A program made the position numbers and the translations under genes. A DNA stretch of 64,000 nucleotides, taken from NCBI GenBank assembly GCA_000934665.2, contig JYFJ02001639.1, forward strand, positions 1 to 64,000, written 5' to 3'. This DNA comes from Catajapyx aquilonaris (lineage: Eukaryota). Below the pieces are notes generated by a model. The model searched no databases and was not told the origin of the DNA. It saw only the letters and a program-made list of their open reading frames with translations. Of the stretch, positions 44,201 through 57,851 are shown one piece after another (the stretch's first letter is position 1; each line of letters begins with the position of its first letter).

Positions 44201-45004
44201 CTCACTAAAAACGACAATGCCACCACGTTGACCTTACAAGTAGAAGAAATGGCGGTGTACAAATTTTTCGTGGGCGTCTTCTGGAAAACAAAAGGTTATT
44301 TTCGACCGACTTTCTGGAAGGTCATCTCTTCGGGTGACCTCTATTATATTTGTGAACCCTTACCCACTTAGCATTCACGGCCGAAAATAAGAAGAAGAAG
44401 AAAAAAACGTGACAAAATATCGTCGGTTTTTAGTTGCACAATTTTAGTCTTCTCCCACATGCAATTATTCATATTTCCAAGGAAAAAAATAATGTACCCT
44501 ACTTGCGGAGTCATACGTGCAAAAAGACATGGCCATGAATGGAAGTGGAGACATTGGACCGGAACATGTCTTCTTCTTAGTGACGCACTTTAGGGCCATT
44601 CATTTCATATGGCGAATATATATTTTTTGTACGCTATTATTTTTTTGAATGGGTTGGAATCCGCGACTGGGAAACATGGCCTTCATGCCCATCCTTTCAT
44701 GGACTCGTGACGAATCGGTTCTTTCTGCTCGGAATGGCACAGATCCGCTTGGACACTATCGGAACTATTGTGGGTCAGTGCCACGAGCTGATATCTGCAG
44801 ATAGTACTATTTTAGAGGGGTTAGTCACTTGATACTATAGTCGGACTTTTACCGGACTTCCATTGGACTTCACGAACTTTTTGTGTCCGGACTTCTATCG
44901 GACTTCATATGCATCCTCGACTATTTTTGCACATATAAACGAATTTTCTTTAATGGTTTATATGGACTATATTGCACCGTTTACACGTGGCCGTTGCTAG
45001 CGAA

Positions 45005-45285
45005 TTGCCTCCAGCCAATCAGAGCCAGCCACGTGCAGCATTTGGGCGAAATCCATGCTGATTGGCTAGCCACGCTTGCCTCCAGCCAATCAGAGCCAGC
45101 CACGTGCAGCATTTGGGCGAAATCCATGCTGATTGGCTAGCCACGCTTGCCTCCAGCCAATCAGAGCCAGCCACGTGCAGCATTTGGGCGAAATCCATGC
45201 TGATTGGCTAGCAACGCTTGCCTCCAGCCAATCAGAGCCTGACACGTGTTACGTTGGGCCGAAATCCACACTGATTGGCTGCTAG
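45005..45285. repeat. 71-bp tandem repeat (three near-identical copies plus one diverged copy) containing CCAAT-N9-CCACG
   Basis: Units start at 45005, 45076, 45147 and 45218. Each has agccaatcag ... ctgattggct inverted arms and CACGTG. Confidence 0.92.
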
Positions 45286-45802
45286 CGACAACCTCAACGT
45301 GGCCCTGATTAAAACTAATTCCATTACAAATTAAACCAGATTAATGGCCGGTTTCACCAACCAGGTTATTCTATATAATTATAATAAGTTATTAAAATCT
45401 TCCGCTGTATGAGTGTCAGTTTCACCGAGTTCAACGTCGGTTATAACAATAAGATATTGCCATGGCAAACATTGTTGTCAACAATTGAAATCTGAGGATT
45501 TTTCGAAAAGAAACTCGCGGCTGGGTGAAACCGAGCTTTCTGATTGGTCCGCCGCATATTGTTACCGCGCGACTCTTCCGATTGGCCTTTTCGTATGATG
45601 CTGTAATAAGCCCAACAATGTCTTCGTATCTATAGTTTTCTGAGAAAGAGACTGAACTGACCAGTTGGTTGAGGTCAGGCTGTTCTTCTTCTTCTCCGAA
45701 AGAATTCCGTCTCTCCCTGGCTGCTGGCTATTGGTGGTGAGGTCACTCAGCCTCGGTGACGTGACACGGTGACGTCTCCGAAGCGGCGGTGCACCCCGCC
45801 CG

Positions 45803-45810
45803 TATATAAA
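45803..45810 (+). promoter_or_regulatory. TATA box of the icarapin-like gene
   Basis: TATATAAA about 160 bp upstream of ATG 45964. TGACGT motifs at about 45756-45777 and inverted CCAAT (gattgg) at about 45542 and 45580 lie just upstream. Confidence 0.65.
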
Positions 45811-45907
45811 CCAAGGCCGCGCAGTCGCCAAGGGAGCATTCCATAGGCAGCTTCCTTCTCGGGAAAATCAGTAGTTCTCGTCTCTCTTCTTTTGGTACAA
45901 CTAATAT

Positions 45908-45950
45908 CAGACAGACAGACAGACAGACAAGACAGACAGACAGACAGACA
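45908..45950. repeat. (CAGA)n microsatellite in the 5' UTR
   Basis: About 10 CAGA units just before ATG 45964. Confidence 0.85.
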
Positions 45951-45963
45951 GGAAACAAGTGCG

Positions 45964-48900
45964 ATGGCGACCTGTGCGCGGATTTTGGTGACTTTGGCCC
46001 TTGTGTTGGCAGCGACCCATCAGGCATTGCCGTATCCTGAAGGTAAAGTTAACAGGTTTCTTCTTCAATGACAGTTAATAATATGCATGAAGGAAAAATC
46101 ATACGCAGTGTGTTTGAACCTATAATTTCCGGTACCGGTATACTGGGAACATCGGTACATTGTTCAAGTGCTCATTACACAATAGGTACAGCTTGCACGC
46201 ACTGAACAATACATTTTTACACCGGTACATCAGTATGAAAAACCACATACTTCCGTCTAGATAAAAAGCGCTATTACGCAAGTACGTACGTTGCAAATAG
46301 CGCATTTCATAGCCTAAGAAATCATCCAGCCTTGAATCACATTTGAGTCATACATTACCTGAGGACAACTGACCCGCATATTTGTTGTATGACTCCGCTT
46401 CTTAGAAAAATCACTAGATAAGTGAACCGTCAAAATAACAATCAAGCGACGGGTAATTTCACCGGCTAATGACCCATCATTAGCGTGACCTGTGACCTGT
46501 CCATTAAACCAAATCGCGTCATGGCATGAGCTCTTTCCTGATAGACACTAATTAACAGGTGTGTGACGTCTATTCTGCGGCCCAGTTTTAACAGGTCATC
46601 AAGCAACTACCGTTAGCCATTTGTGGATAGGATAATATATTTAGAACCGGATTTGTAACCGGAAATCAGCCCCCCAGATTTTAATTGGACATATCCAAAC
46701 AATTGTTTCAGATATCGGACCAAAAAAAATTGATTATCCGCAATACGTCATATATATTGCAAAAAAAAATATTGGAAAATCCGTTAACGGTTTGTGCCAA
46801 ATTCGCACTGTAAAACCAGACTTGAACGGACTGTAGTGTAGGGCAGGTTGTAAAAAAAAAATGCATTGCGGAAAATCCGTCTTGGGCCTCTCAGGGACAT
46901 TGAACCCCCCGATGCATCAGTCACCAACACGTCACAGTTTCCTACTTTTCCCAACCTATACAAGGCTATAGAAGGCTTCAAAAGTGGCTAGTGATATTGA
47001 GAAAAAAAAAGCCGCATCTGCACACTCATATGGAAAAAAAAGCCATATCTGCAGATACGGCCTTTTTGCATATAAATGTGCAGATGCGGCCTTTTTCAAT
47101 ATCAGCCAATTTTATAGGTCTTAAAACTTCCATGATGCTGACTTTCCTCTCCATGTACCTTTCGTCTCGTTGGTTATATTGATCCGGAACTCCCCTCCTC
47201 TATAGCCAACCTCTCTCTCTCGCTCTCTGGATAAAATCCCCCCCCATTGCAGCTCTTCAGTGGATGCTGATTACAATGAGGGGGTGGCATTTTATTGCGG
47301 TGGTCCTCATCCACCCTCAACATGCATGGGTTGATGAGCTTTGTCAAGTTTCATCACACCTGGGGAACATGAAAAGAACAAAAATTTTGCCATGAGAATT
47401 TTTTTGGGGGGTTTTTATTATCCGGATCGATGGAGATGGGGAGACAATTTTTGCATAGGGAGGAAATGGATGTTCGATTGGGAGCAATGATTTTGGAAGT
47501 GCTGAGTGCTTAGTTAATTGCACAGTTTGCAGGGACTGGTTCTGCCGGTTTAAAAAAGCCGGTTGGAAAAGTCGGTTCCTTCATTGCGGACACTAGCTGA
47601 ATAATAATGACAACGATAATAAAGCTGTGCACTTGGACAATTCATAGAAAAGTACTGTGTTTTGATTTGCTATCATGCATAATAGATATAAGGGCTGAAC
47701 AGTACACGCAAGTGTTGATGAAGAGGGCTGCCGGCGTTGCATAATGTAACGAAAGTACTGTAGCGTGCTATTATTTTCATGTCAGTCTAGATGTGAATAC
47801 ATAATGATTCATGCCTCTGGTACTATTCAAAGGTCTTTCACTTTGATAATAAATAAATAAACAAATAATATGAACACTATCACATCTCAAAATAATTCCA
47901 ATGTGACTTTCATATTTCATATGACGGCAGTGGTTGGCCAACACCCAATATATCATACATACGTATAACATACAATATACATAACGTGACATATCCAATA
48001 CTAATTAATGATGTTAAATTACAGCTCGCTACAGGCGTATGCAACCGGAGGTGGTGCAGGTGGTGCCTCTGGAATCCGAAGGTGAAACCCGCAGCGTGGA
48101 GAGCGTAGAGGACGACTCCATTCCATCAGAAGAGACTTATCCCAGATTCCCACAGGAGCCGGTGTTCCCAATATTCCCATTCGGAAGACCCTGGCCCTCC
48201 CGGCCGCTCTTCAACTTCAACATTGATCCCACACCTCTCTTCCATCCCTTCTCAGGTGAGTCCATAAATCATAAATCGGGAGCTGTCATTCACCGCCCAA
48301 CTCACACATTCATCACTCAGTTGGTGTGCATCGATTAAGAGGGGAGTCCGTGCCCTGATTTCAAAGCGATTTAGCTCCATGTTGGATTTTTGTATGTCAT
48401 ACTAAGACGGCGTGTTGTGCCTCTAATTTTGGCACAGACATCCTGAGGAGGCTGGAGACCGAGATGGATGCTATCTGGCGCAACATCCGTGTCAAAGACA
48501 CCACCAATCCTCTTGGAGTCGGGTCTGAAATCGACATCGGCAAACTTCCAGCCAACTACACCAACACTACCACCACCACTAAGGTGAGATTAACATTTTT
48601 TAAAAGCATGCATCTGAAAGATGATTAGTGTAAACAACAGAAAAAAAGGCAGCATTTTTGATGCATTCCGTACCAGCAATGTTCGCTGAGGAAAAAATTT
48701 CCACGCTGTGATGTTTACCGTGAGCATACCAGCATAGCTCTGTGAAGAAAAAAAACGACATGTTTGCATTGTTGGTAAAAGCACGAATTGCATAAGAACT
48801 TTGGGATTACTACAGGTTCACCCTTCCGTGGCTGGCCGCAACTAAATTGCTGTCCCCTTTTTGCAGGTTGTGAATGGGCAGACGATGGTCGTGAACGAGA

Positions 48901-49145
48901 CTATTCACAAGTCCACCATCGGCGGCGGGGAGAGCTTCTTCCGTGTCCAGGTGATCAACATGAAGCCAAAGATCAACGTGGAAGTGCCAGCTGAAGCGGA
49001 GTCCACGTCCACTTCGGAGCAGGCAGAGACGGCCGAATCTGCTGCTGCCAGCATCCCGGTAAGGAACTCTGAGGAAAATGAAATTGTCACGCGCAATGTC
49101 AAGGATGTCGAGGAAACCACTGGTGGCATCGATGATGGACTGTAG
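45964..49145 (+). CDS. Icarapin-like (Api m 10 / venom carbohydrate-rich protein family) secreted protein, short isoform
   Basis: Exons 45964-46042, 48025-48255, 48438-48583 and 48867-49145. Signal peptide, RYRR basic site, V..VVPL motif, and core LPANYTNTTTTTKVVNGQTMVVNETIHK...FFRVQVINMKP with an ENEI tail, as recalled for icarapin-like proteins. Confidence 0.85.
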
Positions 49146-51219
49146 GCAACGGGGGCCAAGCCTTTCACTTTAATGGATGGGGTTTAGTTGTGTAAAGGGG
49201 ATTATAGAAATATTCATTTAAGATTTCATAAGGTTGTTATACAGAAGCACAGATTGTCTCGCTTACTGGACGATTTAATCACGACACCCAATGCAGCAAG
49301 ATTCGGAGTGATCTCAAGTTGTGTCGCTGCAACCGTGCCAAAATTTCCTCAATGCCAATTACAGATTCAATCAGTATTTTTTGTGCAATTATGCAAACTG
49401 TGCCTCTGAATCACAGGCTTGTAAAAAAAGTATATAAAAAGACAACGCCCATGAGTGAATGAAGACTGAATTGTATCAAAGAAATCAAAACTTAGATGAT
49501 TCGATTTTACTGGTGGCGGGAATTATTGCATAGGTTTTTTTTTAAAAACAACATCGGGCAATTACATAAGGGAAATTCCATGGCCTGGAAAAGAAAGATC
49601 CGTAGTGTGGAAGACCCTGTCCATGTATCTGGAAAAAAAAAAAAAATCTGAACTTTCGATCCTGACGAGGGAGGTGGCCAATTTGGTTAGTTGGCTTCAA
49701 GTAGTAGGAGTTACTTATATTCCACTATACGATATCACAATATTCCTATATTCAATATATATTTTTTTGTCAAAGTTCTACTGATGCATAAATCGTAGGA
49801 TTACCATGAGTGGTCGAAGTGAAAGCAGCCTGTGATAAAATAATAAAAAAAGTAACACCGAACTAACTGCATATTTGCAACTACTACTACCACTATCGTA
49901 TAATCACATATGATCTATTTTGACGCAAACTTTTTAATTTTTTATAGTTTATTTTTGACCCTGTAATTGCCATGTATTTCTGAATAATAATAACAATAAT
50001 GCAGGTGAAAAATAACTGGCTGGTTTTTTATTTCACATGAAAAAAAAACTCACACTAACAAGTAAGTTTGACACCTGTGTTAACTTGGCTTTTCCCTTCT
50101 TTTTTTTTGTTGTTCTCACAAATTTTTCTAACCCCCTCACTAAACGGACGCAATTGCAGATCCTCCTTCGTCAAGAGGAAGTTAATAAGTAAGAATGGGC
50201 TGTACGTCAGCCCGGAGATGCATGGTTTCGTGTGTAATTCCACTAACTTTCACACTTGCTGACTAACCCTGGGATAACCCTGCTTAACACTTATTTATCG
50301 GTAACTACGCTAGGGTCAAATTGTTCGTAAATGAATTGGCAAAAGAAAGTGTATTGAGCCGCAAAGGCGGTGGCATTATGAATGAGTCTGTGAGTGATTG
50401 CATGGGGGATATGCATAATGGTTATAAAGTGAGTTGCCATTTTCGGATTATGATGGATACTTCCCAACATGCGGCGCATCAGTCGACATTAGCATCGCAC
50501 AGCACAAAGCATTAGATTAGCGGTTATAGCATTTGGACATCAGGAAAGATTCATTATTACAAGGGGCATCTACGACAAACGCAAGAGTTTTTGTCGAGCA
50601 AGGGTGGATGGCAGTATTAATCTGCATGTAGATCCACTGGCAGATTTATACACAAGGTCACCTCAGGTGTACAGTACATGTGACAAGGGCAAATTAATTT
50701 CTCTCTCAGGTGTCACTGTAGGGCTGAGCTATGTCTTAACAATCGGAGCCACCTGTGCAACTTATGGTGACATTCGTCATTCGTTGATCAGTGAGATATT
50801 GCACATCTGCAGAGTAAGCGCCCTTGAGTATGTCTGATGCCTGTAGACTCGGGCAGACACAATGACAGTCACACCTGCTCGACATTTTAACAACTGTCAA
50901 GCATTACAGTTTAGGAAAGGCCCAATTTTACCTTTGCTTAGCACACTTCAAAAGGAACAATCGCACAATTATAACGAATTACATTACGACAGCTGGTGAT
51001 ATGTATTAACATTGCATTTTCAATACACGTTGCTCAAGCTTCTGAAACCCGTTACTTGCACCCTTATCTTATCCGCTCTTGTGGGAGAGCAGCTGAAGGT
51101 TCCATCTCAACTGCATGTTAGGAAAATATCACCATAATCAATATGGCAACTGCAACTATATGTGCTGGAAGGGGGGACAAAACCAGGGGTAAATTATGAG
51201 GCGAAGGTTGGGTTTACAG

Positions 51220-51573
51220 CAGCTGAATGTGCGAGCAGCCACGTCATCAGGAGAGTCAGCGTCCCGGAGGCAGCCTGTGGTGGAGTACCCCCCGGCGTCG
51301 GAGAACGAGATCGACGTGGACGACGCTGAAGAGATCAAGGTAGAGAGGCCGATTGATCTGAGCAGCGACATCAGGGTCAACCAACTGCTGGCGGATGAGG
51401 CCAAGGCGGGGAAGCTGTTCATGGTTAACCCCGACGCGGAGCTGGTGGACGTGGAGGAAGCGGAGGACGGCACAGGGGCCAGGGTCAGGCCGCGGCCCCG
51501 TCCCTTCTTTCATCAGATGGCTCTTCCAATGAGTCGGGCGGAATTCGAAAGCGACGATGTCACTGCCCCTTGA
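51220..51573 (+). CDS. Probable alternative terminal exon of the icarapin-like gene
   Basis: Phase-0 acceptor tttacag at 51219 matches an internal phase-0 donor CCG|gtaagg after 49058. GC-rich coding-like exon with a second ENEI motif and DLSSDIRVNQL..NPDAEL. Confidence 0.7.
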   Translation, partial: QLNVRAATSSGESASRRQPVVEYPPASENEIDVDDAEEIKVERPIDLSSDIRVNQLLADEAKAGKLFMVNPDAELVDVEEAEDGTGARVRPRPRPFFHQMALPMSRAEFESDDVTAP

Positions 51574-53935
51574 GGGGTCCGACATGCGGTGCCTGAAGTT
51601 GGGCAAATCGATGCTTCCAAAACGAGCCTTTTTGCAAAGAGATAGGGCATAATTAGTCCAGGGATTATATCGTAGGGGGAATGGATTCCAAAATTGCACT
51701 TTTCATGTCCGCAAACACATTTCGGAAAAACAAAAAACAAAACATGTCTTTTCATTCACGGGGGGGTAAACATATGTGGGCCGATTATAATTTAGTGAGG
51801 AAGAATTAATAACTGGGGAAGTGACACTAGTTTCACCTTTCACAGATGTCTCGTCAGCTATTTTTACATGCTATGGCAGAAATTCGTGTCACTTGCACCT
51901 CGGACGACGCAAGTGTAGCATATACCATGACATGCAATGCTTCCATTACAGTCTAGGCTTCCATTTTGGTTACTAATCGTAGCTCTCTCAGCCAAAGAAA
52001 AAGACTGCTCCATCAGTTAAACGATGCCGACTCCTTGCTGTTTGTCAGCAGCACTGACTTTTGAATCTCTCATTCGTTGAAGTAAATATTCTTGACTGTC
52101 ACTTTCATGACCTATGTAAATATTGGTGTTGTTTCCCGATAATTATTTCGTTTTTTTTTTTTTAGTTCGTAACTTTATTTATAGCTCATTTGTTCATTGT
52201 TTTCAAGTGTGGTGAGCAGCCACTCTCATTTCACCATGTAAAAAGTTAAGCGACTGAAGTCATCGGTGATGTTTTAACATTATGCATTTCCACTAGCAGA
52301 AGTGGTTCAGAAATGTAACTGAAGGTATATGTCAAGTTTTGAAAACTTAACAAGTCTAGATGTAACAAAGAATGACTGGAATACAATGCTAATGGCACGG
52401 ACTGATGGTAATAATAAATGCAAAGTCCCAAATCATATAATTGTGGAGAGTGCAACTGAATACGCATGATCCAGACCAAATATTATTGTGGCCACTCTCA
52501 ATAATTGCATTTCTTATGGAAAAGTGGCCACAGTAATGTTTGGCCGAAACCACATGACGTAACTTATGACTTTTACATTTAACGGCAAGGTCCACTTAAA
52601 ATTTTGATATTTGTGAATTGATTCTGGTATTCTGATTGTATAAAAAATATTGGTGATCAAATACTAGGCAGCGTACTAATTTGTGTTTTGACATGAGGGA
52701 GATTCTAGGCACTTTGAGAGGTAATCCAGTGCAATTTCTGTGAATCGTTGTGAATGTATACTCGAAATTTCAGCATCGGAGGTATTAATCTCACCTGAAT
52801 AACTACCTGGTTGTGCAAGATCGTATTATTACTCACGTCGTAACCTCATATATGCAAAGATAAATGGATTAAATAAGGGTGTCTAGTGAAAAAAAAGGTT
52901 AAAATTCACCATCATTTTCATTCAGTACATATTCTTCTCCCTCTGATGTGATTGGAGCTAATGATTAAGTGACTGTAAACACAAATTGTCTTGTGATTGT
53001 ACTTCAGTCATATAGCAGCAGTGAATGTGACTTAACAATAACAGCGTAACGAAACCGATCTGGCGAATACTCTAATTGACAGTAACAAATTCGGATGTTG
53101 GCCTCTCGGAGCCAAAGACGTTGGGCAGATTATTATTATTAATCCTATTGTGTACAGTGACCACTGAAGCTCGTTTATACTTTGCTATTAAAAACAGACG
53201 ATGTCGTGCCAAAGAGGAAAAATAATCGTATCTCTGTGATGTTGCAATGAAATTATTGCTCTCTATGTAAACAAGTAGACATATGGGTTGAAAAAAAATG
53301 TGCTGTATGTCGAGGATTGCATAGGTCACGATGGAATTTTAATTTTTTTAAATCAATGTTTTAACATGGTCACATCATTGTTATTGCTGTAAAAATGTTA
53401 GCGGGGAAAAATAAAATCACCAATTCAGGGAACTCCCATATGTTATGTTTAGAAATTGTTATTCCTTCCATATCACACAGGTGCCTATGACATGGAAACA
53501 ATGACACATCTCCGGATCATCTTATTACACATCTTTAGATTTTTAAATGACGGAGGTAAACCCAGGGTTAAATGAGCTCCATGGAGGAAGAGGGAAGTAG
53601 CCAGAAATAAACAAAAAAGGGGCTAATAATAATTTATTGACAGATGCAGAGAACCCGAAAACAATCTCAGCAATGTGTAAAGACAAACTCCGCAAAATCC
53701 CAGTAAAAAATCTCCTACACTGCATGGAGGGGGTCAAAGCCATTGTCCATAAATAACATTTTTTCTTTCTTTTGTATTTTACATTACAAATAATAACTTA
53801 CGATGGCATTGACAACCTGTAATCTCCGCACATTGATATAATTTTTCCTGTGTTCTGAAAGTTCTGTACTATGTAATGCAACACGGACTTTCAGAACACT
53901 GGGAAAGTGATATTTCGTGGTTTTGCCGTTTACAT

Positions 53936-54072
53936 CAGCGGTTCTCAATCCGTGGCCTACTAGTGGCTGTGATGGCTGGTCGACAACTAAATGCTGATTA
54001 ACAAATTTTATTACGCGGGTAAGTACACCGCTACATCTTTTGCCACTCCCTAAGCAAGTTTGAGAAACACCG
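53936..54072. mobile_element. hAT-like MITE remnant
   Basis: Ends cagcggttctcaa ... ttgagaaacaccg resemble CAGTGTTTCTCAA-type hAT TIRs. No clean TSD. Confidence 0.4.
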
Positions 54073-55824
54073 ATGTAGACAACAGCGCAATGAATGCCAG
54101 GTCGCCCTGTCGATGCACAAACTTTGCAAATATACCAGCGGTGAATAAAATCTACTCTAACACTCACAGTGTCCTAAAGTTAGTATACTGCCTGGGCATT
54201 TCACCTATACACATGACTTTAAAAGCACGAGTCAGTCATATGCGAATCTGGAATGGCAAGGTTACAGCTTTCAGCATGGAAAAAACTCACAAAGTCACGT
54301 GACAAAATGTTTACAAAATATTCCCGTGAAAATCACTCCCTGTGCAATACGTGATGCACTCTTTTTTAAACGCTAGGTTATCAGAAAATTTTCTCACAAT
54401 ATTTTTCTCTCTGCATATAAAATAATTATATTTTTTTTGGATGCAACGATATGAGAAACTGATGCCTCATAACTTCGTCAATGAGTTACACATTCTCTTA
54501 TTACGACATGCTGGATGTGCTAGACTTGTTACTGGAAAACTAAATGAAAAATAATTTCATTTCTGTAATCGAAACCAGAAAATATTTTTTCCTGGCTACA
54601 AATTATGCAAGGCAGCAACGACTTAAATAAAATACTCAGCTTATACTGAAAGGGGGTTCATTTCCAATAAATGACTTTCATTAACTGCATAAATTCATGC
54701 TGCCCAATTTATCTGGACCTTTATAAAATGTTCTACATGTGCTAAATTTTAAACGTAGGTGCTAATTTTCATCTAACTTCCAACCTTAAATGACTAAATA
54801 ATAAATCAATCCTTTGGTTCCAGTACATCTACCATACAACCAGCTTACAAAAGACATGAATACGTATTTGAAATTTTCCGGGGTGTTACTACACAGCGAC
54901 ATTGAACCAGAGAAACCTTTGTTCATGACGACTACATGCAATAACACAACTAACGGCCAGTTGCGCGAATGCAAATGAAGGAGCAAATCTGCGATCAAGT
55001 CAGACGAGATTAACTACTTGTAATCAATCATTTTCTGTCGTTTGCATTCACACGACTTGCCCTAAGTAATTCATGCTTCATGATGCTACAAGGCAGATGG
55101 TAAAGTATTAAGATGGCAAGAGACAAGAGAGCACGATTACTTAGCACCACCGAGAATGGATAGGGGGATGGCAACCATCATGATGTGTTCAAGAACCGTA
55201 ACAGGAACAACAGTTGCACAAATGACGTGACGCAACAGGCTGGCGATGTGTTAAGTTGGACACAGAATTATCGTTTAGACTTTCATCCTCAACTGGCATC
55301 TTTCCCCGAGCATGCATGAATCCCAGTGGAATATCGCAGCATGACTGGTAATGTTGCTGTTATCTGAAGTTAAAAGCTGTTAGCTCTCAACGGCAAGCAC
55401 CAGCATCGTAGCATGAAAAATGAGTGAAACAGCCAGCATTGTTGTTGCGCAGGATCAATCGATAAAATGGACATAACCACTCAGCCGTCAACACATCTTA
55501 CACCCATAGTAACAGTATCCAATATTGATATTGCACAGTGAATATGTTGGTATACTGATCATACACTCAAAATGGACTCCTAACTTATCACCAATGACCA
55601 TAGTCTCCCATATATACTTTTTTTGTTCCATAAAATTATCACATGTTTTTAGTTCTCACTCGATCACTTCTGCGGCACAGAACACGTGCGTGAGTCATAT
55701 GTTTTTGCCTCCCAGTCACCAGCCAGTAAAGCATCGCAGGATATGAATGCTTACGAGATCATAGCCAGCGAATCTCACACCCCAGATAATAATGTGCACA
55801 GGACACTCACACAGTGGCGTTGGA

Positions 55825-57390
55825 TCAGACGTCATAGTCTGCCAGGGGCTCTATGTTCCTCGGGGAGCTTTGGCAAGGGAAGAGCCAGAGGAAGACTGGC
55901 CCCCTCCCGCACACCTCGGTCAGAAGGGCCATCTTGGGCTTCCTTGGGCGGTAGGGGCCTTGCTTTTTAACATGCTCCACTGCTGTCTCGTCAGATAGGA
56001 TGGCCTGAAGCTGGTCCACCATGATGGCCACCACAAACAAGCCAAACAGGACGCTTTCCAGGACAACGATGACTGAGTGTAGGCTGCAACATCAGCAAAC
56101 CCGTTTTCTCCAACGCTCATTACAATCTTATGGCTACCACTTGCGTCAGGGGATGATTTAACTCAAATTAATTTAAGGTGGAAGTATACCTACTTGTTTA
56201 TAACTGGTTTCAGCCTATATTTACCAATATCAAATTAAACGTCGGGCATTAAAGTTTCGGAGATTAATGCCAGTTCATTTTATGGTCCATAACTGGATGG
56301 TGTTCTACAATAATGTGTTAACCCACAAACATGTCGTACTTCATTCAGTTAAAATCAATCTGGCGAAATGTGCATACTTCTGCCATGAATGACCGAAAAG
56401 CACACTGAATTAATATTCCACAGCGTGACAATCGAAGCTCTTTTTATGGGTTGACTCATTATTGCGTAAAACCGTCTAAATATGGTTCCATAACTGCAAT
56501 TTCGGTTAAATTAGCCCATGATTTGATTGTGTATTTTTTTTGGAGAGCTTTGCTGCTAGGAAACTTGTGGCATGATCATTAATCAATTCCGGTGTCATGT
56601 GTGGACGTTATTGCCATTAACAACAGTTGCATGATACCTTATATAGTACTTACAGTCTAGCCTGCTTGACGTCCACTTCGTTCGGACAGTCAGGACATTC
56701 CCTCAGCCACGAAGCGGCCACCAGTATGACAGCGTAGCACGACAGGAACCCAACGTACATGAGGAATTGGATGAAATACTTCTGGTTCCACTCCCCGACG
56801 CAGTTATTGATCCTTTTAATGCAACAAAAGACATGAGTTTACAGGCTACACCGCAAGCTGCCAGTACTGACCATGGACAGTGGTGGTCCATTCTCCGGAC
56901 GCATCTCTTACATATCCTGCAGTGATGCGCCCTGGGTGGCCGATACGTCTCGCATCTGGTGCAAACAGTCCAGTCCTCCTTCTGCAGGAACTTCTCTTGA
57001 GAGCCTGCGGAACATTCCTATGGTTAGTAAACTAATCCGCGCAACACGCCCTGACAACAACACAGACCTGAGTGCATATCTGAGAAGTCGACCCTGTTCT
57101 GCGGGAGCGGCACAATCCCTGGGTCGGAGAACACCGCCCTTACGTGCGCCATGACCAGCAGGAACACAGCCACGTTGAACACCACCACATGAACAGGTCC
57201 CCACAAGCTGCACAGTTGTAGAACAGTCAATATTTTAGAACTGAAACTTTATATGGTGCTATTAAACCCACCTGTTCTGAAGTGTGGCCAATGCGACCCA
57301 TCTGACAATCACATAGTCCGCGTAGAAGACGGCCACGTAGGTCAGCAGCACGCAGAAGATGCCGCAGGGATCGTTCCTGAACACCGCCAT
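55825..57390 (-). CDS. ZDHHC3: DHHC palmitoyltransferase, ZDHHC3/ZDHHC7-like
   Basis: Exons 57390-57272, 57207-57068, 57004-56872, 56812-56654 and 56083-55825. [72 protein letters not shown], and TTxE-like DETAVE. Confidence 0.93.
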
Positions 57391-57590
57391 TCAATCCTCG
57401 AAGTTTCAGCTGCTCACCAGAAGATGAAAAGAACTACTCAAGTCCGCCATTTACGAAAAAATACTGCGATCAGGGTGCACTACATGGCAACCTCGCTCTG
57501 AAGAAGCTTTACATGTCACCTTGTATTTCGGGCGCATGCGCTGTTAGGATAAGATTTCCGCGGGATTTTCGAATGTTATTTAATTTTATT

Positions 57591-57851
57591 GGGCCGTATT
57601 CAGGGTCGTTCGCTAATGCAGCGCAAAAGTCCACACTAACTGGTGCGACGCTGGGTCCGCATTAGCGCCACACTAGTTGCTCCCATTCAGAGTCGCCTCA
57701 CGGAGTAGTAACTTACTACGCCGTGGGTGGGATCGCACTAAGTCCGAACTAGGCCTAAAGCGCGACTCTGCATGCGACTTTTCTTAGTGAACTGGGTCAC
57801 GTGGTTTAAATCACTGTACTAACTTCTTGTTGTTGACTCTGAATACGGCCC
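57591..57851. mobile_element. PIF/Harbinger-like MITE upstream of the ZDHHC gene
   Basis: 17-bp TIRs gggccgtattcagggtc / gactctgaatacggccc (1 mismatch), with a 3-bp direct repeat ATT on both sides. Confidence 0.75.
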
